Shown: positions 46,150 through 58,567 of the stretch, one piece after another | Layout of the letters: each line of letters begins with the position of its first letter | How positions within the stretch are numbered: position 1 is the stretch's first letter | DNA from: Tubulanus polymorphus | Taxonomy: Eukaryota; Animalia; Nemertea | Length of the DNA: 64,000 bases | Direction of reading: 5' to 3' | NCBI RefSeq assembly: GCF_964204645.1 | Contig: NC_134025.1 | Location: 31,414,299-31,478,298, forward strand | Position numbers and translations under genes: made by a program | The notes under the pieces: generated by a model | Told to the model about the DNA's origin: nothing | The model's input: only the letters and a program-made list of their open reading frames with translations | The model's database searches: none

Positions 46150-46842
46150 AATTAAGGTTTGGTCGACACCAGACACAATCTATCTCTCTTTCTCTCTCTC
46201 TATCGCGCGGCGGAGTAGTCGGACCGCGGCATCATCCGCTCCTATGGATAATCGGGAAACTTAACGACTCAATCCGAGCCGCTTCAAGATGGTTCACATG
46301 GTTACGTAGCGATAAATCATCGAAAGCAATTTACGTGATATATTTACGAATTTTTGGAGCCTTCCCCGTCATGATACTCGGCATTCTGTTAAACATTTTG
46401 ATTATCGTTACATTAAGAGCTCAGAGTTTAACTCACATCTCGTTTTGTCTTTTACGCTGGTTGGCTTTCTGGACATCATGTTTCTGATCTGGCGCTGAAT
46501 ACAAGGACCAGTACGTTTTTTACTAGCAGTTCTCATGCAAGGAGAGTTTATATCTGGTATTCTTATTATATGCCATTATGGTTTTATGTCCTAGCATTTG
46601 TACCACGATATATATCTCAATTAACACGCAACTGGATAACTGTCGGATATATCAGTAGTTTTGCTATTTTGTGAAGGTTTCGGTTTTGTCGACCGGTTAA
46701 GAGATTAAGGTCAAATCAGTTTTAGGACCACCGTTGGTTTCGAACAAATCGCTTTGGCATTTTCTATCATTGATTCTTCAGTAAATTTTATCATATATTG
46801 TGTGACAAATGGGAAATTCAGAAAGACATCCGTTAAAGCCTG
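46150..46842 (+). pseudogene. Chimeric GPCR pseudogene: GPCR-B 5' half (to ~46646) fused to GPCR-A TM6-TM7 (from ~46651)
   Basis: 46150-46646 aligns to 58490-58975 (FGAFPVMILGI.LNIL, LRWLAFW). 46651-46842 aligns to 45755-45965. Frameshifts and stops are present. Confidence 0.88.
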
Positions 46843-47147
46843 TTAGAAATGGATTTAGACCAGGGTTGACCAAGTGTGCGAACCCGGTAATCACTGATAC
46901 ACATTTCAAGTGTTCCCGATGCTGTGTAGATATTGCCCTCCGACGAACCAACAGCTGAGGAGGAATTAACCCCCCCCCCCCCACTTCTTGGATGAGAAAT
47001 CTGAAAAAATGACTAAATCATGTAATTTAGGGACTAAACTATCTTACACGACGGTCCCAAAATATACAACGCTAATCAGTAATCTAGACGGCGTCAATCC
47101 CTATTTTAAGATTTAAAAAAACACGCAAAACCAGACGTAGCGTGATG

Positions 47148-47366
47148 AATAACCCTAACCATATGACGCCATAACCCTAACCCTAGTTCCAGAATAACCC
47201 TAACCCTAGCTCGATTGAGACTCGAACTCGGGTCTCGAACCTGCCAAACCAGAGTGTCTACCACTAGACCATAGAATTCTGGTGACTGGCTAGGTTTGTA
47301 AGTTTGTCTGGTCAGTGTGGGTGACTGGTGACTGGTCACGTGTGGTGACTATTCACTAACAATACC
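47148..47366 (-). mobile_element. Repeat family with an internal tRNA-like module plus TTAGGG repeats; copies also at 43021-43135, 44065-44266, 56022-56219
   Basis: On the - strand: A box tggtctagtggtag, B box gagttcgagtc, then (TAGGGT)n. A shared far end ttcactaa(c/t)aatac is present in three copies. Confidence 0.65.
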
Positions 47367-47380
47367 ATCGTCAGATGCAG

Positions 47381-47568
47381 TCGAACTTCAAGAAATCTTC
47401 CTCCTTTACCAGACGAATGGAACGCGTATGATAAACTGCAGGATTCTTCGCGCCACTTTTCGGGGCCAATGTTGAATTCTTCATCTAATTTTTACCGCAC
47501 AGTATTGTAAAGAGTACGTTTAGTACGAAACAGTTCTGAGACGAGACCGATCTATCAAAGAAACGCAA
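47381..47568 (+). pseudogene. 3' fragment (ECL3-TM7-stop region) of a GPCR-B copy
   Basis: aatcttcctcctttaccagac, aatgttgaattcttcatctaa and gagaccgat match 59460-59635. Confidence 0.8.
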
Positions 47569-47795
47569 TGGTAGAATAAATCGTATTCATTTCCAGTCAC
47601 TTGTCCTAAAAATCTTGAATTTTTTTTCTAAAAGATGGACGAGATACAGGCACTGTCGTGCCCCCTAGTGCAAGAAATATGATCTAATCTTATATAGGGA
47701 ATCGGTTGTTATTTGATAAAAGTAGCTCTAATTAAACTGAGTCCACTCCGTAATCCCTCAACCGATCCCGTACATCGGGCACCGCCGAAATGGGT

Positions 47796-47870
47796 TTGAC
47801 GCAGTCACAGGGAAGCGAGTTTGACGCTAGCACAGGGAAGCGAGTATGACGCTAGCACAGGGAAGCGAGG
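47796..47870 (+). promoter_or_regulatory. Three tandem 25-bp motifs upstream of the Nup37 ATG
   Basis: tgacgctagcacagggaagcgagt x3, each with TGACG (CRE half-site-like) and GGAAG (ETS-core-like). Confidence 0.45.
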
Positions 47871-47910
47871 AAGGGAAGTTGGTCGGGAAAACCCCTCAAA
47901 TGAGTCGAAG

Positions 47911-50044
47911 ATGCCGGGTGAATTAAATGATAATTCTAAACCTAACAGTCACAGTTTTGAATGGCAGGAATCAGTGAATTGTTTAGAATTCTCTGAGTAT
48001 GAAACGAGTCAGAATCTATTAGCAATAGGAGGAGAAACTAGAGTTTCAATACTCTCCATTACACTTCATGTAGGTAAACTCAACTGCGTCAGGTTCGAAT
48101 CCCGCTAATCGTTATTTTCAATGTCGAATCGTTTGTTTTTTAAGGATGACAATAAAGACAGTTGGTTGGAAGTAGAAACAATACGTGAATTTCATCATGG
48201 TTATAAAGTTCTGTCTATTTGTTGGAGCAATGCTACGTCATTGAATGTTTTACCGAAATGTCTCAGGTTTGTTCTATTTCTTCTGACAGTAAAACCTATG
48301 AATCAATTACAATTGACTTAAACTAAGTGAATTTTCTTATGAATTTAGATTCTGTACGGTCGGAGCTGATAAGAAATTACGATGTTTCAATTCTGATTTG
48401 AAATCTGATGATTCAGTTCGTGTAAGTGTAAGAGCTTGTCAAACTACTGATCTAAATCATGAATTAACAACCAACAATTTTAAGAAACCAATTATGAAAG
48501 TTATTATTTTGATATTTAAATTCCTGTGATCTATTTACAAAACTGATTTGTTACCGAAAACCATTTCTGTTTTCGATGAACATTAGATCAGTAGATCTTC
48601 ATGGGATGACTTCAGCAGCAGTGAGTTACACTGTATACTACAATGTATTTACGATGTATTTATAGGTAATTGAAGGTCACACAGATTACATCAATGATGT
48701 AACGTTTGATCCCGATAAAGGAGATCAGATCGCCACTGTTAGCGATGATTTAAGTTGTCGTATATTTGATTCTACCGATGGTTCGCAGAAGGTTCTATTT
48801 CCGCTGGGATCACCGGGAATGAGCGTCTGTTGGCATCAAGAAGATCCTTTAAAGGTAAAATCATAACTCAAACATTAATGGGTTCGAGTCCTGCTGGCTG
48901 CTTACAGTGTGCGGGAAACACTTCAAAAGCTGTGATCCCGTCGTGAGGTTAAATGAACAATCCCATAAGGGTTAGTTTTGGGAAACCAAGATCCAAGCGA
49001 CGTTAAGCCAAAAACAAACAAATACTTAACAACTGAACAATAAAGTTAGAATCGTCATTTCACTTGCAATAGTAGAACATAACTTTGAGAACTCATTGTT
49101 AAAATGCACCTTAACTCAAATCATTGGGTGCCCTGAGATTTCAGTATATTGAAGTTTAAAAGACATTCTATTGCAATGGTTTTAAGATTATTGTTTGAGT
49201 TATGATTCAGTAGACATCTCTCAGTGTTGTTCTCTGGACTCAGTTCCCCAGTTTAGAGTTAGGATTTTGACTCAAAAGTTAACGCAGAATAAACGTAATT
49301 CAGTTATCTCTGAACTCATATCTGTGAAGACCCTGTTGATTCTCAACTCGGTGAAATCAATGTTGTTTAAAATTTGTAGTTAATGGTTGCTGAGAAGAAC
49401 GGAGTGATCAGGTTTTATAATCTAGTCGCCCAACAGCCAATGATGTCGTTAGATTGCGGTCAGCAGCCATTACTCGCTGCTGATTGGTGTTTGAGAAATT
49501 CACTGAAAGTTGCAGCAGTTTCAGCAACTGATTTACACGTATTTGATATTTCAGTTTCATGGTGAGATTGTGATATTCTGAGATTGTAGATCAGAGACAA
49601 GCTTCTACTGTTTCATTCTATTGAGTATATTCATTGATTTATTGATTGTTTTTAGTCGCCCGACAGACACTAAATCAGTACATTCTGAATGCGCCACTAA
49701 AGTTCGCTGGTCGAGGCTTCACTCTCATCTGTTGGCTACGTTAGGTCGTCCGGGGTCAACTGTTAAAGTTTTAAATCTCAAGTTGAATCAGGTAAGCGTG
49801 GATGACGTGAACCTAATTCTCTGATTCAGGGAAACTACTTACCTGGAAATAGTTGGGGAATTTAAAGTTGGGAAGAGTTGAGATTCGTTCGTCTCAGTAA
49901 GTTGAATATTTTGCAATGCTGTTTCAGATACCGGTTGTTGCTAATGATTTACTGTTCAGAGGTCTCACGTGGCATTTCTCTCAACCAATGGTAGCGGTCG
50001 GTGCTGATAAAAGAGTTTGTTTATGGACCGTAGAAAGTTACTGA
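47911..50044 (+). CDS. NUP37: Nucleoporin Nup37 (WD40, Y-complex)
   Basis: Exons 47911-48069, 48145-48266, 48349-48421, 48666-48854, 49380-49561, 49656-49791, 49928-50044. Peptides FHHG, EGHTDYIN..FDP, VSDD.SCRI, SPGMSVCWH.E..KLMVAEKNG.IRFY and WCLRN are characteristic of Nup37. Confidence 0.96.
48880..49022 (+). mobile_element. 5'-truncated copy of the same SINE in a Nup37 intron
   Basis: gggttcgagtcc..gcttacagt..gtcgtgaggttaaatgaacaat..gggaaacca.gatccaagcgac.ttaagccaaaaa is shared with 9586-9720. Confidence 0.8.
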
Positions 50045-50177
50045 TCTCAGAGTCAATCATTAATTGCATTTATAGTAAATTATTTACTGAACAGTTTGAG
50101 AGCTTTGAATCAATGATTTCATAAAATGTACGTCTGAACTGAACTTTGTAAAGTTTAATTTTGTGATAAAGAATTTC

Positions 50178-50183
50178 AATAAA
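50178..50183 (+). terminator. Probable Nup37 polyadenylation signal AATAAA
   Basis: AATAAA lies 134 nt after the stop codon and is followed by T-rich sequence. Confidence 0.55.
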
Positions 50184-50704
50184 ATCATGAAAATTAAATT
50201 AGAAATGGTTTTTACTTATTACTTAATGGATGAGGATCGTGGATTGAGCTTCTTGTATCTGAGGCAGTCTGGGTTGATAATATACATGTAGATAAGTCAT
50301 CACATTACTGAAGTCATCTCTATTAATGAAACGCTTCACATTTTGTATTTTCGATTCAATTATACTAAATATACGTTGTTCACATGATGATCATCGCAGC
50401 TACGACTACAGGAACCATGAACATGTTATAAACTAGAAACTCCTCGTATTGACGCCCGGTTAATGAAACTGATATATGTGTGCGAATACTGAATATTCTT
50501 TTTAGTAATGAATTATTAATTTCGCACACACATTTTTAAACATAAAAAAAGATTCGATGTTGATCTGTCTTAAGCAACTGTTAAAACGGTTGCGATGCTA
50601 CAGTCACGAGACTCAGTCTCGCTGTGGTCATCACTAACAAGCAAATAACAGAATGGATCACATACATGCTCCCGAATCAACAAACTCAGGAGTTATCACA
50701 GATT

Positions 50705-53700
50705 CTAAGATTCGACTATAGACAGATCTTCTTCAGATAATTCATAAATATCAGGAGACGTATTACTTATCAGATCTACTTTATCACCGGTGCTACTCGT
50801 AGTAGAATCACTGAGTGATAGTTGTTCCATGTTATCATTTACTTCAAACATTAAATCCTCTAATCTTTCATCCTCCTCTCCTTCATCATCGTCACTCTTA
50901 TCTAACCGCGGTAAATATATATCCACAACCTTTTTAGTATCTGACGAAGCTCTTTCCAGGTTTAAGATGTCTTTAACATAAGCAGCACCGTACTGCGAAT
51001 TGATCGGTGGAACTAGAGTTTTATGTTTCCAGGTGAGTTCTGGTGAACTCGGTGGAGGCGCCGGTAATTCCTCGAACTGATCGCTGTCCAGATAACTATA
51101 GTAAGATCTTATAGCTTTCCCTTTACAGTTTGTGCAATATGTTTTAGCGGGATTACACAAATAACAGCCTGATTTACTATTCGCGCGTTTAGCTCCGTGT
51201 TGATCAAAATGACATCTACAAACAGCCGGATCTCCGGGTCTGAAAACCGGGTGATCGTTATAATTACACTTTACACGTTTCCCGACTAACCACGCATCTC
51301 TATGAGACAATAATCTCCGATCAGATCGATCGGAACCTCGTTTTTTAACGTCTCCTCGATTCTGAACGATTCCGGTGATGATTTCGCGTTCACCTTTCGT
51401 TAAAGAGGTTTTTTCGCGCACGAAGAATCGTCCTGTCAACATCCTTATACCGGTGCTGTAATACTGCTTCATCTTAGCGACACGAGCCGCGCTCGGCTGA
51501 CGCGCTGGAAACGACTTTTCACAGTCCATTAAACTCTGTTTTTTATTTCCATTATTAGCAGACGTAGACCAGTCGTAAAACGTAGCTACATTCAAACTAC
51601 AACCTGTTAGATCTGTTTTACGCGGTTGTCTGGACGACTGGTGATATTTCTTCTTATTAAATCCACCACTGGTTTCTGTCATCTCTATCCGACCGTGCGC
51701 TGATACAGCTCGACAACTGGTTGTCTTATATCTGCAAATAAAACAATAGCATTTATTATCGATATTAATTAATCATATCGGATGGATAACTATTATTTAT
51801 ACTATATGAATGCTGTTGCGCTGGAAGCTTTCGGGACACGCGAGAGCACTTTTGATGACCCGGGCTCCATCTATGGATGATCAATTATTCAAATTCGTCA
51901 CGCAACACGCTAATAATCATTCCATTATAGAAATGTATAGATTCAATTTTTTAAAGAAAAAAAAAGAAAATAGCAATAATTTACAAGAAGCATTCACGAT
52001 CCGGTTCCCTCAACAGGAACTAGATTTTGATCTTGTTTTGAAATGTAGGATCTATCTCCTCCACAGTTGTCAGAGATATTGCCGATATTGATGAATCATT
52101 GAGTCTTAAAGATCAACGATCGGAACTAATTGTGATCCGTTCATCCACATTTCACTCGTACCAGAGTTAGAATTATGTAGGTATCTGTCCTGTAAGAGGG
52201 AGATTTCCATACGATGGGCGCAAATATCCAAGAGTCCACGTCTGCAGAATGACTCCAGACCCTTTTACTAATTGAGTCATCTCAGAACTGTGAAACTGGG
52301 TCCATGTAATGTAATTGATTCTCCACATGAACTGGACATGAATTGAATGTATTGGAATTGACTTGTGATGTTGTTACAGAATCAAACTGCGTCAGAGAAT
52401 CCACTCAGCCTGACTCGGTGTGCGTGTGTGCGTGTATGCGTGCTTGCGAGAAAATGATATATTATTATTATTCATGTCGGGGAATAATAGAAAAGAAAGT
52501 GAGAGACGGGGGAAAGAGGAGAGGGGGAGGGGAGAGAAGGAGAGAGAGGGAGGAGGGTGTGAATATTCATTTCGATCGACTACACTGCATCTCTCGAAAC
52601 AATAGACCCTGGCAGGCGAGTCACACATCAGATATCATTAGTATCACGGATGGATGAAGGCCCGCTGGTATTAGAAGTCTAGATGTGAAGCAGACATCAG
52701 CGATATCACAACCGAACACTGGTTAATGTGTGGGTACCGATATGTCATAGACTTCCGGTTACCAAAGAACCATACATATTGATGAAAACAACAATCAATT
52801 TGTGGTCGCCATTCCATCCATACTGTATCATGTAACATGTCATAGTTTGTTTTTGCCCATCAGAGCTGGAAAAGTTTCCAAAACAACAAAATAGAATCCA
52901 CAGGGGATTTACAAACTAGGGTCCGTCCATGTAAAAATCACTAATTGTGTGTAAACTTGACCGTCAATAGTGGCGTATACATGACGTCATTGTGGCCGTC
53001 ATTATTAGCAAGCAGCTAACTGATGTAAAATTTAAATCGAGTTGTCGACCATTTGATGTGACCCCATCACATTACCGATACCTGTGTAGATCGTTCAGGA
53101 ATTAATCGTTGAATTTGTCATTAAGGCGAATCGTGTAATTTATCCCGAGTAACGAGTGCAACACGACTTACCTTCACAATAAATACTACAAAAAATACAT
53201 TCTATTTATTACCATTAACCTGAAATTTCTATTTCTTCCAATTTACTCTCAGTATCACGCAAACGACAGACGACAGCTCGGAGTCGTTGTTACCTGTCAC
53301 TTTCAATCGTTCATCAAATATTCATAAGTCTTTCTTTCTGCGCTGGTAGACTGAGAGTGACTCTCATTCCATTAACGACACCCCCTTCACCCCCCCCCTC
53401 CCCCTCCCCGGTTCTCGGCAGAAATGACTTCTATTGAGTCTATACTAATATTGACAGATGGTACTTACTCCAATACGTGTTAACTATCGATTCTTATTTA
53501 ATTATTTACTGGTTGAAGCTAGTATCAATTTTAGGTAGACAATGTATGTCAGCTTTCTATAAAATCAACGATTTTACAAGGCCCTGTTCCACAGTTCTGT
53601 AACAACAGTTCTAGATCCAGTTCCACAATTCTGTAACTAGTTCAAACTCCGAGCCAGTTCCACAGTTCTGTATCCACAGTTCTGGATCCAGTTCTACAGT

Positions 53701-55568
53701 TCTGAATCCAGTTCCACAATTCTGAACCCAGTTTTACAATTTATTCTGGACTCAATTCCACAGTTCTGGAGCCAGTTTCACAGTTCTCTGTACCTATTCC
53801 ACAGTCCTGGAACCCGTGAGTAACCAGCCCACGCCCCACCCCTCTCCCAATCAATGATTATGTGTTTATACTTACCGGTACGCGGAGAGAAGAAGAAGAA
53901 AGCGAACCTGCAGTAGTGAATAATGTTTAATCAGTAAAATCTGATGCATGAAATACATCATTTTATGACATCGTAAACTCGATGATTGTCGTCGTGGCGG
54001 CAGCAGAAACAGAGCTCGTTACAGCTATAAAATCACTTCTTAGATGAATAGCTGATTTGATGGATGAGTTTAAGTTCCAGGCGCCATGAGGAGAGGTTAA
54101 AATTCTCCTCCAGTGTTTATATTAACATTGTTTCACGACCGACTCGTCGTGATGGTAGACACTATGGTTACCGTCGAATAAAAATGTTTTAATCGAAATT
54201 CTTCTTCTGTGAGCGTGAAGTGAATTGATGAACCATCAATAGAATCCCCATTTCAATTCTACCCATAGTGTGTGCGTAATGTTACTTTTATTGTTCCTCG
54301 GGCAATGCTGAATCCGTTCAGAACTGTGGAACCGAGTTTAGAACTGTGGAACTGAGTCCAGAACTGTGGAACTGGCTCCAGAATTGTGGAACTGGGTTCT
54401 GAACTGTGGAACTGAGTCCAGAACTGTGGAACTGGCTCCAGAATTGTGGAACTGGGTTCTGAACCGTGGAACAGGGTCCAGAACTGTGGAACTGAGTCCA
54501 TAACTGTGGAACTGAGTCCAGAACTGTGGAACTGGGTCCAGAACTGTGGAACTGGCCTCAGAATTCGGAGTCTAATGGTTCTACTTAACCCTGTAATATT
54601 TTAAACCGAATATAGGAGATTTGTAAAATCGAATGCTGGTTTCATTAGTTCTGAGGAACAGCCATAAAATTCGATCAGTGAAATTTCAACTATAAAATTC
54701 TATTCAGTTTTTATTGCAGTCAATTTGTCGCTGTGTGGTTTATTGGATCTAATGGGTTTGTGGACAATACATCAAGGACACGATGAACTATTAACCCATA
54801 CTCGCAGAGGTTCACATGTATCGGTTGCCGCCGGTTCTCATATCTTCACAGTTTGTTTAAATTGTAACTGATCAATGAAGTATTATTGAAGGGATATAAA
54901 CAGACTGTGAGCGTCACAAATAATTAGTGAATCTACGCGAAACTTCATTTAGAAACCACGGCCCCAGAATATCGAATTTTGAACCCGAAACTCTACTCCT
55001 TATTATTTGATATGTTTATATACCCAGACAATGTATTTACTATACATACAAAATAATTTAGGATTTGTTTTAACATCAAATTTCGTTGATCAAACCAAAC
55101 ATGAAATTTGAACGTCATTTTTGTTGGCCGCAGAAATCATCCAGTTTTACAGTTCTACAGTTTTAGGTTTAGTTTGACTCCACGATTTAGAATTTTCAAA
55201 CTTTTGAGTCAGATTTCAATTGTTGATCTGTGGGAGTGTGGAAGAACTTGAAGTCCCGGATAGATTTCAACTCAAACTGAACTGAAAATTGTTAGAACTG
55301 GATCCCGAGTTGAACTGGATCCCGAGTAAATAACTTACCTATAATTGCGAGTTGAACGATGTTCCGCTGATGCTGCTGTATCTACTGCTGGTGGATGCTG
55401 ACTGGGCGTCGCGCTGCGTATCCGTAACGGACAATTATATTCATCTTCAGTATCAGTCATCGTCATCTTCTTGCATCCTTCTCCTCCTCGGCTGCGACGA
55501 CGTTTACAGATATAACAACAGTAACAGCAGCTAACCACACAGTAACACGGCGGTAACACATCAGCCAT
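50705..55568 (-). CDS. Uncharacterised protein (~418 aa) with a Cys-rich/basic N-terminus, a Cys/His cluster and an acidic C-terminus
   Basis: Exon 55568-55339 (ATG in ataATGg context, GTAAGT donor, phase 2) splices in frame to exon 51731-50705 (ttgcag acceptor), which contains the 325-aa ORF. Further GTAAGT donors occur at 53171, 53875 and 57564. Confidence 0.75.
54310..54562. repeat. 21-bp minisatellite of the MITE family 2 TIR; opposite-orientation array at 53583-53815
   Basis: Unit based on gaactgtggaactgggtcca, alternating with variants. Confidence 0.9.
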
Positions 55569-56330
55569 TATACACTACCACGTGACCGATATAACCCCCT
55601 AACTTATATACAAACTTCTCATCCATTATCAATCTGTAAAATATATACAAATCAATTTCATCAACAATTCTCAAAATGATGATGATAATTTCGAAGATAT
55701 TTTCCCATCATTGTCAGCACCGTTAATAAACTAAGCTGTCCGTCCTGTATACTGCGGTGAATCTTACAAGTGTTTGTGTACACGACGTGTAGAAATCTAT
55801 CGGATGCTTGTTAATATTTTATTTTGTATATAGAAACCAGTACTCATTTATTATTTGTTATATGTCTAGAACTTGTGTTACATAGTTTTTATTTTAGACT
55901 CAGTTTTAACAGACTGAAATAGAAGATACATTTAGGCCTGAGGTTTAAACGCTGCAGTGTCTTGTACCAAAAAGGGAAAAACTTACTCTTAGCAAAAATT
56001 AAAAAGGTTACCTATGCCCGAAACTCTAAACCTAGCCTCTCCACGACTCGAACCCGGGACGATGGCATCCGGACTACGTGTCCCTAGTTCTAACCACTAG
56101 ACCATTGAGCTGAAGTACTGCGGTGTGGTTTGAAAGTTAGCCTTCTATAAGCGGTCAGCGCGGGTGCAGTGACCAGTCACGTGTAGTTGTGAACAGCATA
56201 CTGCATTCACTAATAATACAATCATTTCTTTATCTCAAAATAATTAAGATTTGGGGTTTGTTTGAATCCCAAAAGGCGCTTGTATTTATTCCAGTAATAA
56301 TGTGTTGATTAAAAACAAATATTGTCCATA

Positions 56331-56934
56331 TTAGCGGGGGACCACACGCGACTTCGTTCCCCGGATTCACAGAACGACGGACTGACTGATAGAAAACAGT
56401 TTTTCATCATAGAACACGGAAACTATTGATTGCACTAATAGAATAATGTTTGTGAAATTTCACCATTTTTTCTTTAAATCGTGTTAAATTTGGAACGCTG
56501 AAAATACATAATGAGTTTTTAGAAAGCTTTCGATCCAAATGCATGGATCTATTACACGCCGTGCCCCAAACACTGGGAGCTAGTATCGACCCCGATTTCT
56601 GTTTCGGATCGGGTGGTGGATCCTGATCAACTGTACGTGTATCTGGTTGTTGTGGTTAATAGTCAATCTGTGGTCGGGTTTCCCTTCAATTAGTCTCACT
56701 TCCTGTAACTGTAACGCCTGTTTTATCGTGAATATTCGCAGCCGGATTTCACTATTGTAATATTGTATGTAGTTTCCGCGAGTTTCGCTGACGTCACTTT
56801 ATTGTGTGCAATAATTAATATCATATCATTCATTAGAGAATGAACTCAATGCGAGCGAGAAACTGCTCGATTCTCACAGTTTACACGCCGTGTATGTACC
56901 AGTACATAGAAAAGGGCTTACTGTCCCCCGCTAA
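56331..56934. mobile_element. Possible Helentron/DINE-1-like non-autonomous element
   Basis: 12-bp inverted repeat ttagcgggggac/gtcccccgctaa, a cgcgacttcgt motif and a (GACT)n microsatellite near the left end. Confidence 0.4.
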
Positions 56935-57204
56935 AATCACTCCGTAAAAATCCACCAAAACCACTTTAGAAAAATAAATAAAAAGAGATTCATTGGAGGT
57001 TGATATCAAACTTGAATGAACTAATAACTTTCACCTCCTCCAAGTAGGTTATGTTTTACCGATGTTTTTCTGTTTGTTTGTTTTCGAAATATTATCGTGG
57101 CTTTTAACAACCCTGGAACTCACTCAGTCTGTGAACTGTACTGCAGCCCCTTAGCGTGGTCCATAACCCCATCAGATATTCAATTCTTATTTACTATCAC
57201 CATT

Positions 57205-57395
57205 TTCACAATTTCTGGTCGTCCATACTTCGCGTGTGTTCAGAAATTTAACCTGAGACATTTATAATTGAAAATGAACTACAAACACCAGACATTAGAT
57301 ATTTTATCAGCACACTTTCAAAAATTGATCGTCCACACTTCACATGTGTTCAGAAATCCACTTCTTAAGACATGTCTAATTGAAAATGAACTAAT
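57205..57395 (+). repeat. Dispersed ~110-bp satellite-like repeat; also at 1003-1150 (+) and 27315-27430 (-)
   Basis: Shared tgaaaatgaactacaaacaccagac..ttttatcagcacactttcaaaaa.tgatcgtccacacttcacatgtgttcag. Confidence 0.7.
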
Positions 57396-57884
57396 TAATC
57401 GTACCACATTCGACCATGAAAAATCGTTTACCCTAAAGCTAAAATATTCTGATCCATTTGAACTATCTTCACCCAATCTATCGGTGTAGATAAAAAGTGT
57501 TTTCTGATTGTTATTTCTAAGTTTAATTCATATAAAACATTCTAATATAACCTGTAGAACTTACCCCCGATTTCTGGTCCGATTGTATCCTGTGACCGCG
57601 AATATTGTAAACTAAACCTCTTCAGGTGAAAGTCAACAACTTTCAACAACGACATGAAATTAAACCACTTTAACAACAGCGAACACAAACAAAGATATCA
57701 ACGCTATCTCAAAGATCAACATAGATCGAATTGTTCTTCAACGAATACAAATGTTGATGTTTATAACGCGGTAACAATATTGAGTGATATACACAGTGTT
57801 TACTGAGGAGTATCGTCTGCACCAGAGAGAGAGAAACAGTTGTTTATTGCAGTATCGGCGTCTCTTCTGCTGATACCGGTTCAC

Positions 57885-58010
57885 GGTCCCTGGGCCCGTC
57901 TCGGATCAGATCCCTGGGCCTGTCTCGGTTCTGGTCCCCGGGCCCGTGTCGGATATGATCCCCGGGCCCGTCTCGGATCTGGTCCCTGGGCCCGTCTCGG
58001 ATCCCTGAGC
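57885..58010. repeat. 24-bp GC-rich minisatellite
   Basis: Unit ggtccctgggcccgtctcggatct. Confidence 0.9.
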
Positions 58011-58567
58011 CCCGGTACAATTTCATATTTTGATTATTCTCCTCGAGACTCAATGATTAATTGTGTGGCCCTGGTGACCAGTCATTTGTGGTGACTCTAA
58101 TTACTAACAGTAACCGCTGTTATTCACTGGTGTCGGGTCCAATGTGAGGGAAATTCCAAGGTCACTACAGTTCTCAGTTGTAAATGATGATGGCTGTTAG
58201 AATGCTGATGTTGAATCCAGTAAACTCTGTGCATCATTCTGTGTATAATGGTTTAAATTTCATAGTCGTCTGTTTCTACTGTGAAATATCTAAACTCAGA
58301 TTGCGAAATAAGTGAGACATGTATCGCAATTATTAAAAACAATGAAAATACGATGTCGCTACACTGTAAGTAGGAAGAATAGGCTAGGAATATATTGGTA
58401 GTGGCACTGGTGATAGAACCGGAAGTACGGATATATTCGTAGGCTGCAGCGAACGTGTTAAGGTGGTAAAATAGTGATATCAGTGCAGCACTAATTAAGG
58501 TTTGGTCGACATCAGACACAATCTATTTCTCTCTCGTTTAGATCGTGACGCGACATCATCTGCTCCT

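Noticed and set aside
47200-47280. tRNA gene calls for A/B-box sequences (also 9520, 43060, 44080, 56040)
   Set aside because: No convincing cloverleaf or acceptor stem, and the boxes are embedded in multicopy repeats.
2380-48144. Several AAG 3' splice sites (2382, 2597, 7406, 15212, 38509, 48144)
   Set aside because: Real, but a known minor acceptor class. There are too few to claim enrichment in AT-rich introns.
49837-49850. TACTTACCTGG resembling the U1 snRNA 5' end
   Set aside because: No U1 stem-loops or Sm site follow.
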